Assembly: GCA_034780895.1 (NCBI GenBank)
Contig: JAUZTB010000085.1
Location: forward strand, 3,248,600 to 3,308,294
DNA: 59,695 bases
Origin: Rhynchobatus australiae
Taxonomy: Eukaryota
Reading direction: 5' to 3'
Under the pieces are notes generated by a model that worked only from the letters and a program-made list of their open reading frames with translations, was not told where the DNA came from and did not search any database. Below, in pieces: positions 23,215-35,843 of the stretch (the first letter of the stretch is position 1; every line of letters starts with the position of its first letter). Position numbers and translations under genes: made by a program.

Positions 23215-25077
23215 GTTTGATCGGTCTCGGCTGATACGATTGTACCACTGGTCGTAACTTCAAAAACAAGTTAAACCATGTTAACACGTGTTATTTCAGG
23301 TTCATTAGCTGCGGAGAAAACAATGTGCTTTTTTTTAAGTATCTCCGGGAACTGTTAACGATGCAGTAACCGATCTCTCGGGAGTAATTGATAACCGTAA
23401 TTGTACAGGACTTATATAACGATTGTCAACGGGATCCTTTACAACGATTGTGTAATATCTTAACTACGATTTCTACTGCTGAATTATCGACAGACGACAA
23501 CGATTCATTTACAGCAGTCACTTAACAGGGACAAATCCCTGTCAATCTACGCATCAAATTTGCAGATCACCAACAACTTTCCCTCCAGGGATTCCTAGAG
23601 AATTTGCCCCTTAGCATTTTAGGTGGGATAAATTAAGGGACGGACACGGTGCATGTCCTGTTCATGTTCCTTTTTCGATTATTATAATCAAACTCTCGTG
23701 ATGTCAACTCTCAGCGCCTGACCAACAAGTGCGGCGAGGGTTGTGGTCATGGTTGGGGCGGGAGGAGTGGTGATGGGTTTATTGGAGTACATATTGCGTA
23801 TAAGGCTGAGCAAGTTATGACGCAGCTGCATACAACCCTGGTGAGGGAAAATTCCAACTATTCTTCTCAGTTCTCGTCGCCACATCAACAGAAAGGATGT
23901 GATTGCTTTGGAGATGATGCAGAAGAAATTGACCGAACTTTTGCCTAGAGTAGATAGTACCAGCTATAAGGGGAGCTTGGGCAAACTTGGATTGCTTTCT
24001 TTGTGACGCTGGAGGTTGAGAGGTGACCTGATATAACTTTATACACGCATTAGAAACACAGAAAGGAGTCAGTCCTTTTTCCTTGGGAAGTAATGAAAAA
24101 TATTAGAGGGAATGTTAAGGGGGAAGGAGGAAGTTTAAAGGCATGCAGGGTCTAGAACTGAGGCGTCGGATATTCCTCTGTCTCCACAGATGATAAATGA
24201 CCGTTCTTCCAGCAGCTTGTTTTTGTTTCATACTTTGGTTTTGTATTTGTTTGGTTTTCCAGCGCGCGCAGTGTTTCACGCAAAACAACGATGTTTTCGT
24301 TCTAATCTGTCTTCATTGGCTTTTTTTCGTTCGGGTCGAATTACATCTCTGCACATGAACTGAAATTAACAAATCATCACACTCTTTGGCATCCCGTTCT
24401 CCCTCCGCCTGGATCATCTGCTTTGGTCTCCACCTGTCACGGTCTTTCCATTCGATGTCTGCCCCACTGTCTTTCCCTGAACACTTAAACCCTCATTTCT
24501 CGTCTAGGAGAGGAAGCTACACTTTGAGGATTTCATAATTTTCTCCGTTCGTTGATATCCTGGTCATGCCTATCGTACAACGGAGTTTTTTTTCGGTAAC
24601 GAAAGAAACTGGAAAAACGAACTGTTCCTGATAAATTTCTAAAAGGTCCAATGCTGTTCAAGTTCCAAAATAATACAGTTAAAGGTTACTTGAGTAACAG
24701 TTTTTGTATTATCTGTTCTAGTTACGTATATCCATTTCCCAACGCTGGGGATCTCTGGAGAAAAATGAGATTTGGTGACTCCTCTCGCACTCAGCCACAC
24801 GTTGGTGAATATCGTCTGAAAAGGCATAGAGCAGAGAACTCCGCGGGTCAGGGGGAATTTCTATGTAATTCAACATTAGTATTTCGCAGATGATGTACGA
24901 ATATCTGGGGTCAATAGTTTACCTGATCACTGGAGAATTGTTTTCAATTTTCTATTGTTCAGCTGATGCTTGGGTATNNNNNNNNNNNNNNNNNNNNNNN
25001 NNNNNNNNNNNNNNNNNNNNNNNNNNNNNNNNNNNNNNNNNNNNNNNNNNNNNNNNNNNNNNNNNNNNNNNNNNNNN

Positions 25078-25144
25078 AACACCGTCATGACGTTCTTTAA
25101 CTTCTGTTTACTTAAACACGCCACACACACACACACACACACAC

Positions 25145-25182
<38 letters not shown>

Positions 25183-25222
25183 TATTAAAGGAACCTCACT
25201 AATTGTAACCTAGTCCGTAACA
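25078..25222 (-). mobile_element. Terminus of a (TG)n-containing LTR, same family as 34213-35069
   Basis: (CA)n-TATATTAAAGG...GTAACCTAGTCCGTAACA is the reverse complement of the start of the 34213 element. Confidence 0.8.
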
Positions 25223-27450
25223 ATGATAATTGACCGTTCTTCCAGCAGCTTGTTTTTTGCTTCATATTTTGTTTTTGTTTTGTTTTGGGTTTTCCAGCGC
25301 CACAGTGTTTCTCGCAAGTACAACGATGCTTTCGTTTCTACATGTCTTCATTGACTTTCTTTCGTTCGGGTCAATTCACATCTCCTTTACACATCAACTG
25401 AAATTAACAAACCTTCACACTCTTTGACACCGGCTCTCCCGCCACCGAGATCATCTGCCTTGGTCTCCACCGATCACGGTCTTTCCATTCGATGTCTGCC
25501 CCACTGCCCATTTCCTGAAACCTTAAACCTTCATTTCTAACATTTCTCGTGTCAGACAGAAAGGTTCAATCTACAGACTTTGTGAATTTCCATAATTTTC
25601 CGAGATCATTGATATGCTCGTCTTGCCCATGGTGCAACGAAGTTATTTCAGGTAACGAAGGAAACAGAAAAAAGATCTGCTCGTGATTGATTTCCAAAAG
25701 GTCCATTTCTGTTCAAGTATTAAAATAATACCGTGAAAGGTTACTTGAGTATCAATTTTTGGATTATCAGTTCTAGTAACGTATATCCAATTCCCAAAGC
25801 TTGGGATCTCTGGAGGAAAATGAGATTTTGTGGCTCCTCTCGCATTCAGCCGCACGTTGGTGAATATCGTCTGAAGAGGCATAGAGCAGAGAACACCAGC
25901 AGTCGCGGGGATCCCGACGCAATTCCACTTTTCGCAATTTCTACGCAATTTCGCAGTTAATGTATGAATATCTGGGGTCAATAGTTTACCTGAACACCGA
26001 AGACTTGTTTTCTATTTTCTATTGTTCAACTGCTTCGGTACACCCGGAAGGCTCACAAAATTATATTTTGCAAGGAAAATTTCAGAGGATTACATTGCTT
26101 TGGTAAATGGGAACCCATATCTTCAATTCATTTGCTGAACTATTTTTATTTCTAGTGGTGGAATGTTTAAGGTTATCTGTAACAACTACCTGTCACCGTA
26201 CCGCGCTCTCTACCTCGCTGATCCTCCCAAAATTTGTGATCAAATGTCATCAACCAACACGTTTAGTGAATATAGCAACATGATGGGATTATAAAGCAAG
26301 GAGTCAAGCCTTTCGGCACATAATTAACGTGCTAGACGTAAATACATATCCACACTTATCAAATTTCCCATAATTCAACCTGAGGTTCGGCATGCCACGT
26401 CATTGCATCTGTTAATCTAAACACTTCCTTCATGTTTTGAGACCGCCGCTTTCCACAACACCGTCAGTCAGTAAGGTCCTGATTTCAGATGGGCAGTGGG
26501 TGAATAAATCTCGGCAAATCCGCTGTAAAATATCCATTTCTTCCTTGAAATCGACTCCCTCCAGCGATAAACACCCTTACACTGGCTGTTCCTAGTTTTG
26601 TATGAATCGCCTTCTGAGTTGCCAAAAATTGTGCCATGTCAGGTAACATCCCGGCGAATCTTCTCCGCAACCTCTCCAGTGCAATCATATCGTTGTTCGA
26701 GTGGAGCGGCCAGAAATAGACAAGGCATTTCAGTTCCGATCAATCCAGTGTTTCATGTGTTTGTACCATGACCTCCATGGTCTTGTTTAATGTCAATGAA
26801 GGAAAATATCCCCCATGAGTTCTTCTCCCCATTACCCGCCCTTTCAGCTGCTTGCATGGATCGGTCACAGGCACACCAAGACCTCTCATTTCCCAGTTTC
26901 CTGTGGTCCTACCATTCCTGCTTCACATTCTCGGCCCTGTCCACGTGACCCTTCATTTTGGAAAAAAACTCTGTCATACCTTTGTCTACGGAAATCATCT
27001 GTATTTCTGCCATCTTACCAAATTATCAACGTTACCCTGCAGCAGAATTATTAACATACACAAGACACAATTCTTCGGGGCAGCTGCGAAGTTGCTAATC
27101 ATGCCACAGATGTTAATATCTCGACTGCTATTATCAATGAAAAACAGTGACTGCCTTAACCTGGACCTTTCCTGCGCACCCGACACTTTTTTGCGGACTT
27201 TCAATCGCCAGAGCACCCCTTAACCACCAGTCGGAGCTCCATATCTCCAAGCCAATTTCGGGTCCAATGAATCAAATTACCTTGGACGCATGGCCACTTA
27301 CGTTTTTGACCAGAGTCCCATGTCAGACTCCTTGTTATCATCTTAATGAAAGAAACTGTACTCATCGAGACATTCATCCACTTAATCAGGATTTCTCATG
27401 AAATCAGTCGGAAGGACATACTTCTACAAAGCTTTGCTGACTATCCATTA
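25223..27450 (+). repeat. Diverged duplicate (copy B) of 24190-24977 plus 27628-~29015 (copy A)
   Basis: Colinear matches throughout, e.g. TGACCGTTCTTCCAGCAGCTTG, CACGTTGGTGAATATCGTCTGAA, GAGCTCCATATCTCCAAGCCAATTTCGGGTCCA, with many substitutions and indels; includes an old minus-strand CR1. Confidence 0.9.
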
Positions 27451-29859
27451 NNNNNNNNNNNNNNNNNNNNNNNNNNNNNNNNNNNNNNNNNNNNNNNNNN
27501 NNNNNNNNNNNNNNNNNNNNNNNNNNNNNNNNNNNNNNNNNNNNNNNNNNATATCTGGGGTCAATAGTTTACCTGATCACTGGAGAATTGTTTTCAATTT
27601 TCTATTGTTCAGCTGATGCTTGGGTATGCCCGGAAGGATCACAAATTTGTATTTGCAAGGGAAGTTTCAGAGGAGTTCATTGCTTTGGTAAATAGAAAAC
27701 CATAACTTAAATTCATTTGCTGATCTATTTTTATTTCGAGTAGTGGAACCCGCGCGTTAATGTGTAAGGTTATCAGTAACGACGACCAGTCGCCGTACCG
27801 CGCTCTCTATCTCGCTTGTCTTTCCCAAAATAGGTGATCAAAGGTCATCAACCAATACGGTTAGTGGATATAACAATATCATGGAATCATAAAGCAAGGA
27901 GACAAGCCCTTCGGTCCATAATTAACGTGCTGGACGGAAAATACATATCTACAATAATAATTTTCCAAATAATTAACCTGTAGTTTCGCATGTCATGCCA
28001 TTGCATCTGCTAATCTAAATACTCCTTTAATGTTTTGAGACCGCCGATTTCCACAGCACCGTCAGTCAATAAGATCCTGATTTCAGATAGGCAGTGGGTA
28101 AATAAACCTCAGCAAATCCGCTGTAAAATTTCCATTTTTTTTCCTTTAAGTATACTCCCTCCAGCGTTAGGCACCCTCGCACTGGCTGATCCTAATTTTG
28201 TATGACTCACCTTCTGAGTTCCTTAAAATCGTGTCATGGGAAGTAACATCCCGGCAAATATTTCCCGCAACCTCCCTAGTGCAATCATGTCGTTTTTGGA
28301 GTGATGCGGCCAGAAATGGACAAGGCATTTCAGTTCCGATCAATCCAGCGTTTCATGTGTTTGTACCATGAACTCCATGTTCTTCTGTTTAATGTCAATG
28401 AAGTTAAGTGTCCCCCATGCGTTCCTCGCCCCATTATCTGTCTTTGCAGCTGCTTGCACGGATCGGTCACACGCACACCGAGATCTCTTCATTTCCTAAT
28501 TTCCTGTGGTCTACCATTCCTACTTCACATCCTCGGCCTTGCCCACGTGACACTTCCCTTGTCTGCAGAAATCGTCTGCATTTCTGCCATCTTACCAACT
28601 CATCAACGTCACCCTGTCGCAGAATTATTAACATACACAAGACACAATTCTTCGAGACAGCTGCGAAGTTGCTAATCATGCCATAGATGTTGACATCTCG
28701 ACCGTTATTATCAATGAAAATCAGTGTCGGCCTTAGCCTAGGCCTTTTCTACGCACCCGACGCTGTTTTACGGGCTTTCTATCACCTTGACCACCATTCC
28801 GAGCTCCATATCTCCAAGCCAATTTCGGGTCCAGTTAATCAAATCGCCTTGGGTACACTGGGCCCTTACGGGTTATTTTTTTTGACCAGAGTCCCATGTG
28901 AGATTTATTGTTATCATCTTAATGAAATAAACATCGACATACACATTCGCTTCATCGGGAAATCTAGTGAAATTAGTCTGAAGGATACCCCTTCTACAAA
29001 GCTTTGATGACCATCCATGATCAGTCCCTAACTCGTCAAGTGCAGATTAATCGTGTCCCAAAGAATTTATCCAGAAAAAATTCCAACGTCTAATATTGGA
29101 CTCACAGGCCGATTTGAGCTGGCTCATCACATCGTCACTTTTGGAACGGATACCCCATTCATTATATTTCATTTACCTAACACTTCTTTGCCTCGTGAAG
29201 ATGTAGAACCTTCCTGCCGGGTCCAAGTAAATGTTTCCCTTCCCTTCCACATCAGACTCAGACGCCTCTCATTAGGCCCCGGGGACTTACGTACCTTTGC
29301 TATTCTCTATCTACTGTGTAAATTTATCCCAGAATTCCATCGCTCCCCTCCTTGAATTTTACAAATGCAATACGTTCTTTTATCAAGAAGGGGCATGGAA
29401 AGCATTCATTTCGGTCGTCAGTTACTTCGTCCAGCTTCCTATATTGCCTATTTATTCCCCAATGGACGTCAAATGCTCCTTTCTGTCTTCCGTACAACTC
29501 AGTGGAGTTCCCTTAGTCTTGCCGTCAGTGTGCCCACATATAGCCCAAATATTTAGTACCCCAGAAGTGCCAGAGGGTATGGAGCCTTAGACCATAGCGA
29601 GAGGGGCTTCTGCCCAATTCCAAGGTGGGCATTACTTTCCTTTCTCCAACCCACAAATTCCCAAAATATCCAGTGTTCTTTGGATGAGTTGACCCCACGC
29701 TTCGCCATTGCCGAACACATTGGCTTCGAAATCTCACTGCTTCATTCATGAATGAGAAATGAAGAGAACGATTATCAGCCAATTTATGGAAGATGACAGA
29801 CACTTCCGAATCAAACAGCGGTTAAAGCCCGGAGGGTAACCATTTGGTGAAACCTCTTG

Positions 29860-30790
29860 GAGTCAGAGAGTTATGCATCCGGAAATAGGCTCTTCCGTCC
29901 AACTCACCCGTGCCGAACGAAGTGCCTTCATGGACCTGTCCATTTGCCTGCTTTGGCACATATCTTTGTAACTATACTATCTTCGTACTGGTCCAAGAGT
30001 CTTTAAACGTGATTGCAGTGATTGTACTAGTCCGTGCCACTTCATTTAGCAGCTCGTTCCAACACATATGCCATAGCCGGTTTAAAACCTTTGCCCCGCA
30101 GGCCCCCTTTAAACCTTCCCTTTCTCAGTTTAATCCTTGTTTTATACACTCCCATCCCGGGGAAACTACTGTCCTAATCCGCCTTACCTATGCCTATCAT
30201 GGTTTTATACAACTCTCTAAACTGACCCCTCTGCTTCCTTCATGACAGGGAAAACAAGTCTCAGACTATCCAGTCCCTGTGCATAATTAAGACTCTCCAG
30301 TCGCGAAAATGCCCTTGTGAATCTTTTTTGCATCCTTTTAAGCTGAATCATATCCTCCTGCAGTCTGGCCTCAGGGACTGTATTCAATACTCCAGGTGCG
30401 GTCTCACCAACGTCATGTACTGCTGTAACATGACCTGCCAACTCGTGTACTCGATGCGCCGTCCAATGAAGTAAAGCGTGCAAAGAGCCTACTTCCCGAC
30501 ATTGTCTGCCTGTGTCGCGAAATTCAGGGAAGTGTGTGCTTATCCCCAGAGGTATCCCTGGAGTACAACATTCCCCAGTCCAGAACTGTTTTAATCTCCC
30601 ACAATTCATCAATGCCAACATGTCCGAGTTAAATTCCACCTGCCATCCCTTTGCCCCCTTTTCCAGTTGATGTAGATCTTGTAACCTCAGAAAACAATCT
30701 TCACTGTCCGCCACACCACTATGTTTGGTGTCATCCGCCAACCCACTAAATACGTCACTTCCACTGTCATACAAATAAGTCCATGCCAAC
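29860..30790 (-). mobile_element. CR1 ORF2 3' fragment
   Basis: ORF 30217-30792: LADDTKHSGVADSEDCFLRLQ, WQVEFNSD, LKRMQKRFTR. Confidence 0.82.
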
Positions 30791-33700
30791 ATTCATTCCG
30801 GAACACACCTCCCCTCAGTCGCATTTGCCTGCACGCTGCAAAATTTGGACAACGTGCACGCAAAGTTTAACGAATAATAATAAACATACGCGCCACATAA
30901 ATGACAAGCAATGGGCATCTCCAACAAGAAACAGCTGAACTACCTACTTTGGTACATAATGTGATCACCGTCTTCGAGTCCGCTGGCATCAACATCCTAT
31001 CGGTTACCAATAACCTGTAGCTCAGCTGCATCTGCCCCATGAATACTCTCACGGTCAGAGAATAGGTGTCCTGCGGCGAGTTTGTCGCTTCCTGCCAGGC
31101 ACAGATTATGTATAATCGACGAGGCGAAACGCTGGATCGTGATGGAATAGTGTCCCTTTGTGTGGTTAAGTGCAGCTTCCATAACACTCAAGAAACTCTA
31201 CATATTCGAAGCCAAAGCAAAAAGTAAATGCCGAATACACACGGCGGGACCATCAGCAGCAATGGAACGAGAAACAGGAGAACCTCTTGTCATAACTGAG
31301 AAATAGAGATAAAATCGTAATTGTCGGTGGCCGAGAAGGTGATGACGGAAATGGATATGAGTAAGGAAATAAATGTGATATGGCAAGGCCGAAGGCCAAA
31401 CAAGACCCGGCAGATGTTGGATAATGGAGCAACAAACAGTCTGACGGGAGGAACTCAACGGTTCCAGCAGCATCTCTGAGGATAAATGAATTGTTCTCTT
31501 TTCATTGCCCGTGTTGTGTAGCTAACAGCAAGACCACGAGACAGGTCCATCTGGCCACGCTTTCATAAAGCAGAGCTACTCTTTTTCATCACATCCTCAG
31601 CAGCTTTCAGTAGGTCAAAGATGCCTGTCCTCTCGTCACATGGACCTCTCGTGGGCAGCAAGATTACGTGAAGCCTTTTACCGTGCAGCCGAAATTCCCT
31701 CATCAGGTGCGCGAGACGATGTCTCGTGGCTTACACTGAAATTGCTGTTCTGGTCGAAGACCTCAACAAAATATAATGTTGAAAGTCAAAAGACAAAGCC
31801 TGAATCGGAAATGAAATTGGTTTATAATTCTCACATCGAGATACAGTGAAAAAAAACTTTGCTTCTTTGCCCTCCCTCCAGGGAGATCATTTCACACTTC
31901 AGTGCATTCAGGCAGTAAAGAGCAAAACGGACTGTAGAATATAGTTTAACGGTTACATATAAAGTGCAGTGCAGGTCTACAAATAAAGTCTAACAGCCAC
32001 AACGGAATAGACTGGGAGCTAAACAGTCAGTCTTTTTTTACTTTTTAGGAGTCTGACATAGCTGTCCTGGAGCCTGATGGTATGTGCTCTGAAGCCTTTG
32101 TATATTGTGTTCTATGGGAGTGGTTGGGGAGAAGAGAATATGATAACGTGCAGGCAAAGTTTAACGAATAATAATAAATCAAGGCCCCACATAAGTGATA
32201 GACAATGGGCATCTCCAACAAGAAACAATAGAACTCCCAACCTGTGTTATATAATATGATCACCATGTTCGAGTCCGCTAGCATCAGTTGCACAGCAAGA
32301 TTAACCCTTTGCATACTATATTTTTAATCTGTTAAAATAGATAAGATAATTTATTTTATCTCAAGGAACATAAACAGTTTAAACAATCCGATTAAGTGCA
32401 AGTGGATATTTAAAGTTTTACACAGATTGAATGCTCAGATCATTTTTGGCCAAGAAACACATATCAGGAGGGAAGATAATCAACTTTTTTTTAGATTTTG
32501 AAGGGGTCCACAGTTTCCTTAAAATTCACAAGCAAAGATGAAAGGAGTTTCTATTTTTATAGACTCTTCAATTTAGTTTGTTCATTTTGGGACAATATCA
32601 GAGCTAAATGGTACATTTGTATTAATTACAGGAAGTCCCCATCTTCCGAACGCCCGACTTACTGGTTTACTTCATAATAAAAAAAAGTTGTTATGGTTGA
32701 TGTTTATGCAGCCAATGTAGATCACCCTGAATTTTTTAAACATTTGTTTACATTCTTTCCTACCTTTAATGAATACACTTTAATTATGGGTGGAGATTTT
32801 AATTGATGTTTAAACCCTTCGATGGATAGATCTGTATGAAATCCTGCACTTCCAAACAAATCCGTTGACTTTATTAATTCCTTATTATTTGAATCCGGAA
32901 CTTTAGATGTTTGGAGATATCTACACCCAAATCATAAATAATTATCACTATTTTTTTCTCAGGTCTGCCCTAATTACTCGAGGATTGATTGTTTTTTTAT
33001 TGATGCCAGACGAGATCCAGTTATTATGGACTGTGAATACGATGCAAATGCAATTTCTGGTCATGCTTCATGGAAATTATCAATTAAGTTAGCAGATGTC
33101 TCCTTTGGTGTCAGACAATGGCGATTTAAAACTTCTCTATTACCGACTTAGATTTTGTCCAATTTATTAAAGAACAGATTTCAGTTTTTTTATTTTTAAC
33201 TAATTTTACTGAATAAATCTCCAGTGGGTTAATACTTTTAAAGCTTATATCCGTTGTCAAATTAGTTCATTTTCCGCTGGATTGAAAAAGCGAACTAGTA
33301 ATTAAATACGTATATTAGCTTATGAGGTTAAAGAAATCGACAAAAATATTTTAATACTCAATCTGGAGCTTTATAAAAAGAGAACAGAACTCCAACTACA
33401 ACATAGTTTATGATTAACATCTTCAATTGAAAAATTACTACTTAAAATTAGAACTCAATTTTATATACATCCTGACAAATCTGGTAAATTATTAGCCAAC
33501 CAATTGAAAGCCACTTTATCTAAACGTCAGATAAACAAAATTGGTAAATAAGATTGAACCTAAACGACAGATCATGTTCCAATTAATAACTCCTTTCATG
33601 AATGTTATACTTCTTTATACCAGTCAGAATCCCCTGACCATTCTACATTAATGCACGAATTTCTAAGAGATTTGAATATTCCCCGATTATCTTTAAATGA

Positions 33701-34212
33701 GCGTTCTATGTTAGACGCACCCACATCGGAGGAAGAAATAAAGAAAACAATATTTTCAATGAATTCGTGGAAAACACCCCACCCTGACGGATATGCAGTG
33801 GATTTTTTTTTCAAATCCTTTTCTGATATTCTAGTTCTTTGGTTAGCAAAAAAAAAACGATGCCCAATCAGTGGGCAAACCACCACAGTCATTCTACGAA
33901 GCAACTATTTCTTTAATTCTTAAAAATGATAAAGATCCGCTGACTGTGCATCTAATATACCTACTTTTTTATTAAATGTAGATTCCAAAATATTTTCTAA
34001 AATATTGGCCTTTAGATTGGAAAATAGGTTTTTCCACAAATAATCTCCGAAGACCAGACAGGATTCATTCAGAATCGTTATTTACACTATAATATTAGGA
34101 GATTAATGAATATTATAAATACCCCTTCATCCCCAATTCCAGGATGTGTTGTCTCACGAGATGCTGAAAAGGCGTTCGACAGAGCCAAATGGGAATATGC
34201 ATTCATTAAACT

Positions 34213-34253
34213 TGTTACAGACTAGGTTACTATTGGTGAATCTCCATTTAATA

Positions 34254-34309
<56 letters not shown>

Positions 34310-35069
34310 CGTGCTTTCGTCAACAGCCGATAAATGACGTCATGAAATGACGTTGTTGAAGAAGTCAGTCAAGAGAGAGAGAGACGGACGAGCGAGAGAG
34401 ACACACAACAGCCTGCTCGTTTTCTCGATCGATGGATGAGAAACAATAACTGTGACTGTCACTACAATCCACGTATGGATTTTGGAAGTAATCCGGTGGA
34501 GTCCACTTTGTCGTTAACCTGTAGAGGAAAACAGGCAGTTGGTGTGGACGGCCACGTCTCGGATGCTTTTGGGTGTGGCAGACACTTCGGAACAAAGAAG
34601 TGAAGTACATTTTGCTGTTGACCTGCAGAGGAAAACAGGTATTTTGTGTGGACGGCCACGGCTCGAATGCTTTTCGGGGTGAGGAAGTCACGACCGAGTA
34701 AACATTGAGGTGTCGTTTGGATTCCATCGTGGAACATTTGAATTTCGTAATTACTCTCTATTTTCTCTCTACATCTACGTCTTATCTTCAGGCCACGGTG
34801 ATTGTTGAAGAAGCCTTTACTCATGTTTCACCTTATGTCTTGCTGAACTGAACTTTAAGAACAATTCCTGGACGTGAAGTTTGGGAATTTGCCACACACA
34901 CACACGACGCTTAGTTTTTGGGGTTATTGTTTAAGATTTAACATTTTGACTTCTAACATTCAAACATTTTTACTTTTATATTTCTTATTATTATAAGTAG
35001 CTATTAATAAAGTTGTTTTTAACACTGAATCATGACTAAGTGTATTCCTTTTGTTGATGGTTCGTAACA
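34213..35069 (+). mobile_element. Solo LTR (857 bp) inserted in the L1
   Basis: TGTTAC...GTAACA termini, 4-bp TSD AACT/CACT, (TG)n, TGACGTCA, internal ~105-bp duplication, AATAAA near the 3' end. Confidence 0.85.
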
Positions 35070-35502
35070 CACTTCAAAAATTTAATTTTAGCCCTAAATT
35101 TATATCTGAGATTACTCCTTGTTTATTTTACAACTATGGTTTCAATACTTACTAATAATGAAAGATCCCCATTGTTTAGGCTTTTTTGATGTACTAGAAA
35201 AGTTTGCACTTTAAGCGCTTTATTATTTGATATGCTTTGGAACCCTTGACTATTGAACTCCGGGATTTTTCAAACATACATGGTATTACTCGCGGGCAGA
35301 AGATTCATAAGATATCCCTTGACACAGATGACCTGTTACTTTATATTTCTAATCTGGAGGAAACTACCCCCACAGTACTATCACTACTAGATCAATTCAG
35401 TGTTTTTTTTCTGCCTTTGATTAAGAGTGAACTTTTCCATTAAATATGCAAACCCCAATATATAGGCAATTACCTTTTAGACGAGAAACTGCCCATTCGT
35501 AC

Positions 35503-35723
35503 TGTTACGAACCAGCAACAAAAGAAACACACCAAGACGTGTATACGTGTTAAAAACTACTTTATTAATAACTACTTATGATAATAAGTAAAATAAAAGG
35601 AAAAATGTTAGATGTAAAAATGTNNNNNNNNNNNNNNNNNNNNNNNNNNNNNNNNNNNNNNNNNNNNNNNNNNNNNNNNNNNNNNNNNNNNNNNNNNNNN
35701 NNNNNNNNNNNNNNNNNNNNNNN

Positions 35724-35796
<73 letters not shown>

Positions 35797-35843
35797 CACA
35801 ATCTAATAAAAGGGACACTCACTAATAGTCCTCGTCTGTAACA
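35503..35843 (-). mobile_element. Second solo LTR of the same family, opposite orientation, middle in a gap
   Basis: TGTTAC...GTAACA termini, perfect TSD GTAC (35499-35502 and 35844-35847), interrupting the L1 RT YLG motif. Confidence 0.85.
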
